A DNA stretch of 64,000 nucleotides from Nitrospiraceae bacterium (GTDB lineage: Bacteria; Nitrospirota; Nitrospiria; Nitrospirales; Nitrospiraceae), in the NCBI GenBank assembly GCA_050246315.1, contig JBFWWG010000002.1, positions 192,001 to 256,000 of the forward strand, written 5' to 3'. A program made the translations under genes and the position numbers. Shown in pieces: positions 31,598-40,963 of this stretch. The notes under the pieces were generated by a model, which saw only the letters and a program-made list of their open reading frames with translations, had not been told where the DNA came from and did not search any database. Position 1 is the first letter of the stretch, and every line of letters starts with the position of its first letter.

Positions 31598-33997
31598 ATG
31601 AGTGACGAAACCGATTTCACAACTCTGCCGATCGTACCGGTCAAACGAACCGTCTTGTTCCCCGGGGTCATGATGCCGCTGACGATCGGCCGGTCACGGT
31701 CGATCTCGGCGGTTGAAGCGGCTTCCAAGTCGGAGGACAAGACCCTCCTGGTCGTGGCTCAGCGTCAGCCGGATGTCGAACAGCCGACACAGAATGACCT
31801 GTACACCATCGGAACCAAAGCCATCATCAAGCAGATCGGCCGAACGCCGGACGGTCAACTGCATACACTCGTGCAGGGTGTGGACCGACAGGTCCTGATC
31901 AAGCTCGAAGGGCTGGATCCGTTCTTAGAAGGGCGCGTCCGGCCACTGTCGCTGCCCGGTGAGAGCGGGGCCGAAGCGGACGCACTGCATCGCGCCATCA
32001 TCGATTTGACAGGCGAACTGACCAAATTGGTACAGACCAGTGGTGTGACTGAAGCGCTCCTTTCCCTGGGTATGGATCCGGACCCAGTTGCGCTGGCCTA
32101 TCGCGTGGCCTCGTTGTTGAACATGACGCTGGCCGAAGAACAGGCCTTGCTGGAAACCTCCACGCGTGAGGATCTTCTCCGCAACGTCTATGCCGCGCTT
32201 GCTCGGGAGGTTCAGATTCTCCAGATTCGGAACAAGATCGCGAGCGAAGCCCAGGAGAAAATCGGGAAGACCCAACGCGAGTATATTCTTCGCGAACAAC
32301 TCAAAGCCATTCAACGGGAACTCGGCGAGGACGAGGACGAGGAAGGCGATGCGGCAGAACTGCGGCGCCGCATCCGGGAAGCCGATCTACCCGAGTCGGT
32401 CAAGAAGGATGCAGAGCGCGAGCTCGCACGCCTGGCCAAGCTGCCCCCGTCGGCGGGAGACCATCAGGTGATCCGCAACTACCTCGAACTTTTGCTCGAA
32501 CTGCCCTGGCTGAAGTCTTCTGAGGACAGTCTCGATCTGGCTCGAGTGCGCCAAGTCTTGGATGAGGATCATTACGGGATCAAGGAAGTCAAGGAACGAA
32601 TCGTCGAGCATTTGGCAGTGTTGAAGCTGAACCCGACCGCGAAGGCACCGATCCTGTGTCTCGTTGGGCCTCCCGGTGTCGGCAAGACCAGTCTGGGCCA
32701 ATCAGTGGCCCGCGCGCTCGGTCGCAAGTTCGAGCGGGTGAGTTTGGGAGGCGTGCATGACGAGGCGGAACTGCGGGGCCACCGGCGGACCTACGTCGGA
32801 GCCATGCCCGGCAGCATCATCCAGGCATTGCGACGCGCGGGGGTCAACAATCCGGTCGTGATGCTGGACGAAGTGGACAAGGTGGGCCGGGATTTTCGGG
32901 GTGATCCCGCCGCGGCCCTGCTGGAGATTCTCGATCCGGCGCAGAACCACACGTTTCGGGATCACTATCTGGATCTACCGTTTGATCTCTCGAAGATCAT
33001 GTTCATCACGACGGCGAACACCTTGGATCCGATTTCGCAGCCTCTCCTGGACCGGATGGAGGTCATCCGACTTCCCGGCTACAGCGAACAGGAGAAGTTC
33101 GAAATCGCGCAGCGTTACCTCTGGCCGAGACGGGTTCACGAGGCCGGGCTCAAACAGGAGTTAATCCGCCTCTCGCCAGAGCTCATGACGCTGATCATCG
33201 CCCGGTATACCAGAGAGGCGGGAGTGCGTCAGCTTGAACAACAGCTCGGCAAGCTCGCGCGCAAGATCGCGCTGAAGATCGCCGAATCCCCGGCCGAGCA
33301 GATGGAGTCCCCCATCGACCTCGCCAAAGAGGAGGTCCAGGAATGGCTGGGCATGGAACGGTTCCAGCCGGAGGAAATCCGGAAAGACCTGCCTCCCGGC
33401 GTCGCGACAGGCTTGGCCTGGACACCGACCGGCGGTGATGTCCTCTACGTGGAAACCAGTCTGCTGCCTGGCAGCCACGATCTCACTATCACGGGGCAAC
33501 TCGGGGAGGTGATGCAGGAGTCGGCGCGGGCCGCGCGCAGCTACCTCTGGTCACATGCCGAAGGGATGGGACTCGACATTTCCCGTTTCAAGCGGAACGG
33601 GTTGCACATCCATGTCCCATCGGGAGCGATCCCCAAGGATGGTCCATCCGCGGGCGTCACGATGGCGACGGCCTTGGCTTCGGCCTACACGGGCGTCCCT
33701 GTGCGGCGGGATACAGCCATGACCGGTGAAATCAGCCTGAGCGGACTCGTCCTCCCGGTTGGAGGGATCAAGGAAAAGGTCCTGGCCGCTCACAGAGCCG
33801 GCATCACACGGATCATTCTGCCCAAGGCCAACGAGAAGGACCTTAAGGAGGTGCCGGAAGAGGTGCACAAGGCCGTGCAGTTCATCCTCGCCGAGCGGAT
33901 CGACGACGTGCTGCGAGCAGCCATCGAAGAGACAGGCGGATCCGCGGCGAAAAGACCCGGCCCTACGGCGCCCGCCGAGACCGTCGAGGTCCTGTAA
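31598..33997 (+). CDS. lon: ATP-dependent protease La
   Basis: LON N-domain, [27 protein letters not shown] catalytic Ser, GGIKEK. Confidence 0.96.
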   Translation: MSDETDFTTLPIVPVKRTVLFPGVMMPLTIGRSRSISAVEAASKSEDKTLLVVAQRQPDVEQPTQNDLYTIGTKAIIKQIGRTPDGQLHTLVQGVDRQVLIKLEGLDPFLEGRVRPLSLPGESGAEADALHRAIIDLTGELTKLVQTSGVTEALLSLGMDPDPVALAYRVASLLNMTLAEEQALLETSTREDLLRNVYAALAREVQILQIRNKIASEAQEKIGKTQREYILREQLKAIQRELGEDEDEEGDAAELRRRIREADLPESVKKDAERELARLAKLPPSAGDHQVIRNYLELLLELPWLKSSEDSLDLARVRQVLDEDHYGIKEVKERIVEHLAVLKLNPTAKAPILCLVGPPGVGKTSLGQSVARALGRKFERVSLGGVHDEAELRGHRRTYVGAMPGSIIQALRRAGVNNPVVMLDEVDKVGRDFRGDPAAALLEILDPAQNHTFRDHYLDLPFDLSKIMFITTANTLDPISQPLLDRMEVIRLPGYSEQEKFEIAQRYLWPRRVHEAGLKQELIRLSPELMTLIIARYTREAGVRQLEQQLGKLARKIALKIAESPAEQMESPIDLAKEEVQEWLGMERFQPEEIRKDLPPGVATGLAWTPTGGDVLYVETSLLPGSHDLTITGQLGEVMQESARAARSYLWSHAEGMGLDISRFKRNGLHIHVPSGAIPKDGPSAGVTMATALASAYTGVPVRRDTAMTGEISLSGLVLPVGGIKEKVLAAHRAGITRIILPKANEKDLKEVPEEVHKAVQFILAERIDDVLRAAIEETGGSAAKRPGPTAPAETVEVL

Positions 33998-34034
33998 GGC
34001 TGCTCGGTTTACGTTGACACAGGAGTAAAGGATG

Positions 34035-34066
34035 AAAAGGGGCCGGCCGCTTGGCCGGCCCCTTTT
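34035..34066. terminator. Bidirectional rho-independent terminator
   Basis: AAAAGGGGCCGGCC-GCTT-GGCCGGCCCCTTTT between convergent lon and DUF4112 genes. Confidence 0.85.
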
Positions 34067-34109
34067 CTCTTGGATCACAAGCCATCAGAGATCGGAGGGA
34101 CCGTCCTGA

Positions 34110-34634
34110 TTATCTGCCCGACACCAGCTTCCAGAGGGCTGCGATCCCCCAGAGCACCAACACGATGGCCCCAAGAACCACAAGCAGCGTGGTGACCGCC
34201 AACGAGAGGACGAAGATCCAATCTTGAAGGGTTGAAGGACGCCGTTCCGCCGTCACATGTCGGCGCAGCAGATCCGCATTCCGGGCATTGCTGCGGAACC
34301 AGACCGAGAACACATCCCCCACGAGCGGTACCGCACCGACAATCGCATTGACGGCCATGTTGGCGGACATCCGAACCAACACGATACGAGGTACCTGAAG
34401 CTTGGCTGCGAGAAGCAGGATCGTTGAACCGATGAGGCCGGCCAACGCATCACCCGCACCGGGCAACAGGCCGAGCAGCGGATCGAGCCCGAATCTGATG
34501 CCGGTGCCTGGGATCCGAAACGACGTATCCAAAATGCGGGCTATCAGGTCCGCAACCCGTCGAAGGTCCTCCCGTTGGTCCTGCGCCGGATCCGGATCAG
34601 CATTGTCGCTCTGCCGGCGGGCCGATTGTTTCAT
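34110..34634 (-). CDS. DUF4112 family membrane protein
   Basis: LDTSFRIPGTGIRFGLDPLLGLLPGAGD, VPLVGD..F..N.RN..LL. Confidence 0.85.
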   Translation of the reverse strand: MKQSARRQSDNADPDPAQDQREDLRRVADLIARILDTSFRIPGTGIRFGLDPLLGLLPGAGDALAGLIGSTILLLAAKLQVPRIVLVRMSANMAVNAIVGAVPLVGDVFSVWFRSNARNADLLRRHVTAERRPSTLQDWIFVLSLAVTTLLVVLGAIVLVLWGIAALWKLVSGR

Positions 34635-34733
34635 CGTCAACCCTTGTGCGAGACTACCGTGGAGGCTGGAAACCTAGAAGCCGACGAGCAAGATCGGTTC
34701 ATCGGCGGTCCAATTCGAGCAGGAGAATGAACC

Positions 34734-35144
34734 ATGGATATTCCCGCAACGATCGTGAAGGTCGTCAAGAGCGATGAGCAATGGCGGCAATCGTTGACTC
34801 AAGAGCAATATCAGGTGCTGCGCAAGGAAGGCACCGAACGGGCCTTCGTCAACGCCTATCATGATAACAAACAGGCCGGCATCTATCACTGCGCCGGGTG
34901 CGACCTCCCCCTCTGGTCCTCCGAGCAGAAGTACGACAGCGGCACCGGCTGGCCGAGTTTTTGGCAGCCGATCGCGCCCCACGTCGTCGCCACCAAGACC
35001 GATTTTCACCTGCTCTATGCCCGCACGGAGGTCCATTGCGCGCGATGCGACGGCCATCAAGGGCATGTCTTCAACGACGGCCCCAGGCCGACGGGGCTCC
35101 GGTATTGCATCAATTCGGCCGCGATCAAGTTCGTCCCGTCGTAG
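34734..35144 (+). CDS. msrB: Peptide-methionine (R)-S-oxide reductase
   Basis: [31 protein letters not shown]. Confidence 0.95.
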   Translation: MDIPATIVKVVKSDEQWRQSLTQEQYQVLRKEGTERAFVNAYHDNKQAGIYHCAGCDLPLWSSEQKYDSGTGWPSFWQPIAPHVVATKTDFHLLYARTEVHCARCDGHQGHVFNDGPRPTGLRYCINSAAIKFVPS

Positions 35145-35166
35145 AAGAGGGGCAGAAAGGAGATGA

Positions 35167-35282
35167 GAAGTCTTATTCAGGGCCTCATTCCCTGGCGATT
35201 AGGAAAGGTTTTCGTGGCAACGCCAAATTATTGAGACTTGGCGGCTCGACGAGCCCCAAACATTGAATCCCGACCCCATTTA
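35167..35282 (+). repeat. 116-bp repeat R1 (ends CCCGACCCCATTTA)
   Basis: Ungapped hand alignment to 40164-40279 gives about 88/116 identities; 3' half also matches 35654-35709. Confidence 0.75.
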
Positions 35283-35452
35283 TTCGACCCCCGGATCTCA
35301 TCCTCGACGACGGTCAGGTACTCGCGAATGGCGTCCTGGATGTTCTGAATAGCCTCCTGCTCCGTCGCGCCTTGGGACCAGCATCCAGGCAGGCCAGGAA
35401 CCGAGACCGCGTAGCCTTCCTCCGATTTGTGAAGGGCGATGCGGTATTTCAT
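35228..35452 (-). pseudogene. hicB: HicB-family antitoxin, apparently 3'-truncated and reading into repeat R1
   Basis: MKYRIALHKSEEGYAVSVPGLPGCWSQGATEQEAIQNIQDAIREYL; after IRG the frame continues into repeat-derived sequence; no hicA seen. Confidence 0.7.
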
Positions 35453-35597
35453 GGTGAACCTCTTTGTGGCAAATCCATCTTGGCCGCCGTTGCGAGGCAA
35501 TGCTTCGCTTGCGGGCCGACTTGAGGACAGTGTATGTATCCATCCAGCGAATGTCCAGGCCAGATGGCCCCTGTGTGGTGTTCGCAAGCGGTGTGGG

Positions 35598-35709
35598 GAG
35601 GTTTAGTGAGGGCTCTAGTTCATGGTGAATAGGGAGTGTTTCCGCGAGGGCGGACTATTGAGTCCTGATATCTCGACGAGTCCCAAACAATGAGTCCCGA
35701 CCCCATTAC
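35598..35709 (+). repeat. ~112-bp repeat R2 (ends CCCGACCCCATTAC)
   Basis: TATTGAGTCCTGATATCTCGACGAGTCCCAAACAATGAGTCCCGACCCCATT matches R1/R3. Confidence 0.7.
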
Positions 35710-35715
35710 TATCAC

Positions 35716-35792
35716 TCTTCAACGACGGCCCCAGGCCGACGGGACTCCGGTATTGCATCAATTCGGCCGCGATCAAGTTCATCCCGTCATGA
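35716..35792 (+). repeat. 77-bp direct-repeat copy of the msrB 3' end (35068-35144)
   Basis: Near-identical; encodes [24 protein letters not shown] versus ...KFVPS* in msrB. Confidence 0.92.
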
Positions 35793-35889
35793 AACTCAGA
35801 ATGCACGTCGTCGAACGTAGTCATGCAGTGATACGTTCCCTATCCATGACGGTTCGTGACACTCTACCCGTTTGATGCACAGAGTAGAT

Positions 35890-36071
35890 GGACGAGAACA
35901 CACGACAGCACTCTTGCGCCCGCGGCGGGGTGAAGCCACGACCGGCTTGATGGGATAGCACCTTATCCATATTCCGACTCCACATTCTCAGCAAGCGACG
36001 CCAGGATATGAAACACTGTCGCCCAGGCCGAAGGCGGCATGAATTTCCTCCACCCTTGCCAAATTGCTCAT
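35890..36071 (-). pseudogene. Decayed SnoaL/NTF2-like gene following an attC
   Basis: GGAGG SD, MSNLARVEEIHAAFGLGD, frameshift to ILASLAENVESEYG*, then WL..PRRGRK fragments. Confidence 0.5.
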
Positions 36072-36104
36072 CTCATGTCGCCTCCGTGGTAACAGATTCT
36101 TGGC

Positions 36105-36164
36105 GCCCAACGGTGGAGTTAATTTGCGGCGCGTAGTGCCGTCGACTTCAACGACTTGTTAGAC
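36105..36164 (-). mobile_element. Integron attC site (60 bp)
   Basis: Minus strand: R'' GTCTAAC, 5 nt, L'' GTTGAAGT, central hairpin, L' AATTAAC, 6 nt, R' GTTGGGC; lies 27 nt past the sirtuin stop. Confidence 0.8.
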
Positions 36165-36191
36165 CCCACTGATTGCGGGGCGCTACTCCCG

Positions 36192-39100
36192 TCACTCTCG
36201 CATGCCGCACCTCCGGAAGTATTCACTTAGTCGCTGGTATCGGGCATCTTGCGCAAGCTGTGGCGCAGCTTGCACGATCTCGTCCAAACATTGCCCCAAC
36301 TCTGGGGGCGCCCACTGTTGATCGCCAATCACAGCATCTAACAGACGCAGAGCATCTGCCGGGAATCGTGCGGACAACCCTGATTCGTGCAGTCGATGTA
36401 CGACGTAATGTGGATGTTCAATGGGTTGCAGCCAGTCTTGCACCGCAGTCAAAGCAGCGGGAAATTCAGTTCGGGCAGCAATGATCAGCCGGGTCAATGA
36501 CTCGCCGATTCGCGGCGTGGCGAGGTTGCGGGACTTGGGCCAAACGTGTTGCCAGAACGGCTGGACCCGGTTCTTCCAATAGTCCTCGCGCTGGTCGGCG
36601 GCTCCTTCTAGGGCCTGAGACAGCGCCTGTGCGCATTCTTCCAGCCCTTCTTGAGGCAGCGCTCCAATCGCAGATCGGAACTCATCCACGGTGTAGCCCT
36701 CGGTCGGCCCGAGCGCTGCGTAAGTCAGGAAAGCTGCGAACTGCTGGCGGTCTTCGCCTAGGTCAGCGTAGTAGTTTGCGCTCTCCAGGAACTGCGGTTT
36801 GAACGCAATCAGCAAGGGCTGATACAAGCGTGGCGACCACAGGAAACCTTCCCACACGGCTTTTGCTTCAACCGGATTGCTCCAACTGAACAGCGGCAAG
36901 AGGTGTTGCTCGGCCCAAGCGCGATCAACGCGGAAGATCGCGATCAATCGCGAACCCAGCAGCACTCGGCCGTGGCGGAACCGATCCACCTGCACATCGC
37001 AGATTTCCGTGAAGAAGGGCTTGATGTCGGTTGGAAGCTGATCGTTGTCGTTCGGATTGCGTTTGAACCAAAGGTTGATCAACGCCTGCGTGACATGCCC
37101 GACCGGATGATTGATGGCTTCGGTAACAGACTGCTCAATCGGTTCCCCATTGCGAGTCATCCCGGTGCCTGCTTCGAGTGGCAGGGCCAGAACTCGGTGG
37201 CACAGGTTCAACAGAATTTCCTCGTGCAGATTGATCGACTTTGAAATGGTCTCAATCCACCACGTCACACCGTGGGCAATCTCCTGAAGCACGGCGTCGG
37301 GCATGGTCTGTACCAGAGGCGCGGCGTAGCGCCACATACGCTGAACCTGTTTCCCATTGCCCCATGCATACAGTGCATCACTCCAGCGACTTTTAAGCCA
37401 ATTTCCCTGCGCAGCCAAATCAGCGAGAGCGAACAAGCAATTCAAAGGGTGCTTTTTGCAGACATCACGCCATGTGTCCTCGTGGAACGGCCGCCGTTCG
37501 GGTTGTGGCTTTGTAAGCCATTGAACGAGTTCACGCCGCTTTCGAGGTGCGATGTCGACATCCCGGCTTTCTTCATAGTCTGGATCGCCAGTGCCGCTCA
37601 TCCAGTGGGAAAACTCGTCACGCTCGTTGGCTGCCACCTGCCATTGCGGGTAGGCATTGGACAGTTCCGCCAAGCGCGCCGCTGCGGGTACCCCCAGGGC
37701 GAGGTCCGAGGCATTCAATTTGGCCAAATGTAGCCAGACTGAACGAGCCACCAAGTCTTGCCACCGTTCCGGTCCCAGATCATCCCGGTACATCTCGCGC
37801 GGCGGGCCGGCCAAGATGGCGGCCTCCAGACGTTCCTGAGCGGCTCCTGCCAATTGGCGCCCCTGCAGAACGAACAGTCTGAACACCTCCCGCCCCGTAT
37901 CGGTGGACCACAGCCACCAGGCGCCATCGGCCAGCAGCCAATCCACCCACTGCTCGGGTGCGATGCACGCCTCCTGGCTGGCAGCAAACAGGGCCAGGCG
38001 CTTGAAGGTGGGATACGGCAACTCGAACCAGGCCTGGGCAATCCGCCTCGCACGAGCACTGTCATTACCGCGAAGCGCCAGCCACGCATCGCGCAGCAAT
38101 TCGATCAGGCTCACCCAGTCGCGGAAACCCCGGTTCTGCCAGTGTGGGGTAATGGACGGTAGATCCCAGTGCGATCGGTCGCTGCGGTCGTCGGCCTCAC
38201 CAAGCTCGCGCAACAAGTCCAGCGCATCACGTAGCAGTTGCTGAAAATCCTCCAGCAGTTGCGGCAAGGCGGATGTCCAGTGCTCGCCGGCAAGGTCGCG
38301 CAGGGCCGAATGCACGTGATTGGCGACCAGCACCAGCTCCCAATCCACCAGTTGCCGCAAGCGCGTGGGTTCGCCCGTGTTCTCTTCCTCGTCGCCCCAA
38401 CGAAACGGCTTCTTCAAGGCCACCTGGGGGGCGAGCAGCTCACGCAACTCCAGGCGCAGCGTGGTGGTCAGCCCCTCCCGCTTCAGCCGACCTTTCCATT
38501 GATAGAGATCGGGATCGTGCCACACTTTTTTCACCCGGCCACTGAGCAGCAGACGCCACAGTGTGCGCATCAAGGGGCCAGGGATGGCCTTGGGCGCCTG
38601 TAAGCGGATTTCATCCCGTTCGGCGGTCTTGCCGTCACGCTCCAGCAAGGCAAAGCGGTCCAGTTCGTCCTCGATCAGCCGCGGCCAGCGGTCATGCAAC
38701 TGGCCGCCACGTTGCGCGATCCAGATGACCAGCCGCGGGTCATCCAGATGGCGCGTGAGCCAGCGGGCCAGATGAACCATCACGTCGTCCCACTGGCTGC
38801 CGGTGACGCCACCGGAGGCCAGCAGCATCGGTGGCGCGCGGTCATAGGGCGCTGGCCGGCGAATCAGGCTGAAACGCAATTTGGCGTCTGCCTCGTCGCG
38901 TGACGGCACGCCGAAGCGAGCCAGATCGCTGTGCTGAAAGCGTTCGTCCGAGAAGGCCTCCAGCAACCAGTCCAGCGAAGGGACGGGGTTGAAGTCGGCA
39001 AAACGTCTGGCCGGCAGTCCCGATTTGTCCGACAAGGCCCACAACATCCGGCCGACGAAATCGTCTTGTTGCGTGCTTGCCGAAGGCCGTGCCAGGGCGT

Positions 39101-40022
39101 GGCTGACGACGATGCGCTCCTTGCCCAGGACGCCGTCGCGGTAGGTGTCCGCCCAGGCGTGCAAGGTTTCATGGAGTGCCGAATGGTCATGACTGCCAGT
39201 GGGTACTTGGTAAAGGATGGGCGTGACGCCCTTGGCTTCCCACTCGATGGTCTTGCGGTGTTCCTGCCCCGGCTCGCAATCGCCCAGCGCCCAGGCTTGC
39301 GGCGTGACTTCGCCCAACATCCGGTCGGCGGCCAGCGCATCCATCATGTAGCGCAACACCGGATCGTTGATGCTGTAGCCCACGAAGCAGACCACGTAGT
39401 TGCGGAACAGCTCGCTGACAAAACGGGCGGCCCAGCGTTCGGTGAGGTAGGCCAGGCCGAAATCGCCGCTGGTGACCACCAGCCGGTTCAGGGCCGTGTC
39501 GTCCTCTTTTTCGGGCAGCAGGCCGTGCAGGTAGACCAGCCCGTTCCAGCGGCTGTTCTTCGGGATCGGCAACATCGGCGCGGCATAGGCCTGGAACGCT
39601 TGGCCTGTGCGCTTAGCCGCCGTATGAAACACGCGGTCGAAGTTGGTGGTGACGAGCCGCAGCGCGCCGGCGCGGCTGCGCGCCAGCCGCAACAGTGCCG
39701 CCTGCGTATCGGTGGCACCCTTGCGGCGCAACTGGGGTTTCAGTGCCTGCGCCAGTGCACGGCGGACGGCCAGCCGCTGCCCAGGCAGGCGCTGCTCTAG
39801 CCGGTCGAGCGTGGCGTCGAACTGCCAACGGTCGAATGCCTCGCGCTCGATGTCCGAGAGCGCTGTGCTGTTCAGCTGGTAGATTTTCTCCACCAGCCCC
39901 TTGAAGTCTGGCAGGCCGGCGGGGTACGAAATGCCCGCGCCGCAGAAAAACACCACGCGACCTTCCTCGTGCGCCTGCAAGAGCGCATCCGGAATATCGG
40001 GGCCGTAGGTGATGAATTGCAT
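36192..40022 (-). CDS. dsr1: Defence-associated sirtuin, Dsr1 type (SIR2 NADase + long helical C-terminus)
   Basis: VFFCGAGIS, TTNFD, YLHG, FVGYSIND SIR2_2 motifs within the first ~230 aa of a 1276-aa protein; N-terminus MQFITYGPDIPDALLQAHEEGRVVFF recognised as Dsr1-like. Confidence 0.8.
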   Translation of the reverse strand: MQFITYGPDIPDALLQAHEEGRVVFFCGAGISYPAGLPDFKGLVEKIYQLNSTALSDIEREAFDRWQFDATLDRLEQRLPGQRLAVRRALAQALKPQLRRKGATDTQAALLRLARSRAGALRLVTTNFDRVFHTAAKRTGQAFQAYAAPMLPIPKNSRWNGLVYLHGLLPEKEDDTALNRLVVTSGDFGLAYLTERWAARFVSELFRNYVVCFVGYSINDPVLRYMMDALAADRMLGEVTPQAWALGDCEPGQEHRKTIEWEAKGVTPILYQVPTGSHDHSALHETLHAWADTYRDGVLGKERIVVSHALARPSASTQQDDFVGRMLWALSDKSGLPARRFADFNPVPSLDWLLEAFSDERFQHSDLARFGVPSRDEADAKLRFSLIRRPAPYDRAPPMLLASGGVTGSQWDDVMVHLARWLTRHLDDPRLVIWIAQRGGQLHDRWPRLIEDELDRFALLERDGKTAERDEIRLQAPKAIPGPLMRTLWRLLLSGRVKKVWHDPDLYQWKGRLKREGLTTTLRLELRELLAPQVALKKPFRWGDEEENTGEPTRLRQLVDWELVLVANHVHSALRDLAGEHWTSALPQLLEDFQQLLRDALDLLRELGEADDRSDRSHWDLPSITPHWQNRGFRDWVSLIELLRDAWLALRGNDSARARRIAQAWFELPYPTFKRLALFAASQEACIAPEQWVDWLLADGAWWLWSTDTGREVFRLFVLQGRQLAGAAQERLEAAILAGPPREMYRDDLGPERWQDLVARSVWLHLAKLNASDLALGVPAAARLAELSNAYPQWQVAANERDEFSHWMSGTGDPDYEESRDVDIAPRKRRELVQWLTKPQPERRPFHEDTWRDVCKKHPLNCLFALADLAAQGNWLKSRWSDALYAWGNGKQVQRMWRYAAPLVQTMPDAVLQEIAHGVTWWIETISKSINLHEEILLNLCHRVLALPLEAGTGMTRNGEPIEQSVTEAINHPVGHVTQALINLWFKRNPNDNDQLPTDIKPFFTEICDVQVDRFRHGRVLLGSRLIAIFRVDRAWAEQHLLPLFSWSNPVEAKAVWEGFLWSPRLYQPLLIAFKPQFLESANYYADLGEDRQQFAAFLTYAALGPTEGYTVDEFRSAIGALPQEGLEECAQALSQALEGAADQREDYWKNRVQPFWQHVWPKSRNLATPRIGESLTRLIIAARTEFPAALTAVQDWLQPIEHPHYVVHRLHESGLSARFPADALRLLDAVIGDQQWAPPELGQCLDEIVQAAPQLAQDARYQRLSEYFRRCGMRE

Positions 40023-40078
40023 TCCTTGTGTTTTCTATCCAATACGCGCGTGCATTCGAGCGACTGAGAGCTCAGTCG

Positions 40079-40138
40079 GTCGAACACTCCCATTGAACGG
40101 CGCCGTGAAGCGCGCCGACCTCGCCCACGTGATTAGGC
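40079..40138 (-). mobile_element. Degenerate attC-like site (60 bp) upstream of the sirtuin gene
   Basis: Minus strand GCCTAAT-CACGT-GGGCGAGG-TCGGCGCGCTTCACGGCGCC-GTTCAAT-GGGAGT-GTTCGAC: same 7/5/8/20/7/6/7 spacing as 36105-36164 but L boxes pair poorly. Confidence 0.5.
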
Positions 40139-40163
40139 GTCGAGCGAAGCAGATGCAGGGTCG

Positions 40164-40279
40164 GAGGTCTTAATCAAGTCCTATCGCCCTGGTGAATTGG
40201 AAATGTTTTCGTGACATCGGCAGATTATTGGGTCTTGGCGTCTTGACGAGCCTCGGAAAATGACTACCGCCCCCATTTA
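40164..40279 (+). repeat. 116-bp repeat R3 (ends ACCGCCCCCATTTA)
   Basis: Homologous to R1 and R2. Confidence 0.75.
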
Positions 40280-40359
40280 ACCATGCAGTTGTTTCAACTG
40301 GGTTTTGACGTCATAATGCGAGTTGTATAGGATCTTAGCCCTTTAAGGGGGAGGACGAT

Positions 40360-40560
40360 ATGTCGACGGCGGAACGCATTTTCAAAGAAGCACAGAAACT
40401 TCCCGATAGGCTAGCGGAAGAGGTACTGGATTTTATCAAGTACATTGAACTGAGGCACGGACTGAGAGACCGACTCACTGAAGAACTGAAACGGGCGCAG
40501 GAACCGGCCATGCGCCATGTGTGGGACAACATCGAAGACGAGGTTTGGGATGGCGTGTAA
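40360..40560 (+). CDS. DUF2281-like putative antitoxin
   Basis: LPDRLAEEVLDFIKYI and C-terminal WDNIEDEVWD; GGAGG SD; overlaps the toxin start. Confidence 0.7.
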   Translation: MSTAERIFKEAQKLPDRLAEEVLDFIKYIELRHGLRDRLTEELKRAQEPAMRHVWDNIEDEVWDGV

Positions 40561-40888
40561 GCCCGGCGATCTTGTTTTGATTCCATTTCCGTTCTCCGAT
40601 CTGCAATCGACGAAGAAGCGCCCTGTAATGGTCTTAACCGCACCGGATCGACATGCCGACTTCATTGAATTGGCCCTCACTTCGGTCCCGCAGCAGACCC
40701 ACGCCCTTCAAGTTGATTCAGCCAGCATGACGGAAGGGATACTCCCTAAACTGTGCTGGATCAGGTTCGACAAAGTCTTCACCCTTTCCGAGAGCAGCAT
40801 CATCAAAACCTTTGGTAAATTATCCTCACAGACGTTGCAGAGCGTGTTGCAAGGACTCTGTTCTGTCGTGGGATACGGTCCCAGATAA
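40550..40888 (+). CDS. PemK/MazF-family toxin
   Basis: GDLVLIPFPFSDLQSTKKRPVMVL, LTS, IRFDKVFTL. Confidence 0.85.
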   Translation: MACKPGDLVLIPFPFSDLQSTKKRPVMVLTAPDRHADFIELALTSVPQQTHALQVDSASMTEGILPKLCWIRFDKVFTLSESSIIKTFGKLSSQTLQSVLQGLCSVVGYGPR

Positions 40889-40963
40889 CCCCGATTCGAC
40901 GATGTCACCACCGCTTGCCTCCCTGCTCGCGGTTTCTTCACGAACCGTCACGAATAATGTGGA

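Noticed and set aside
35167..40279. CRISPR array interpretation of the repeats
   Set aside because: The repeats are too long, degenerate and irregularly spaced, and there are no cas genes.
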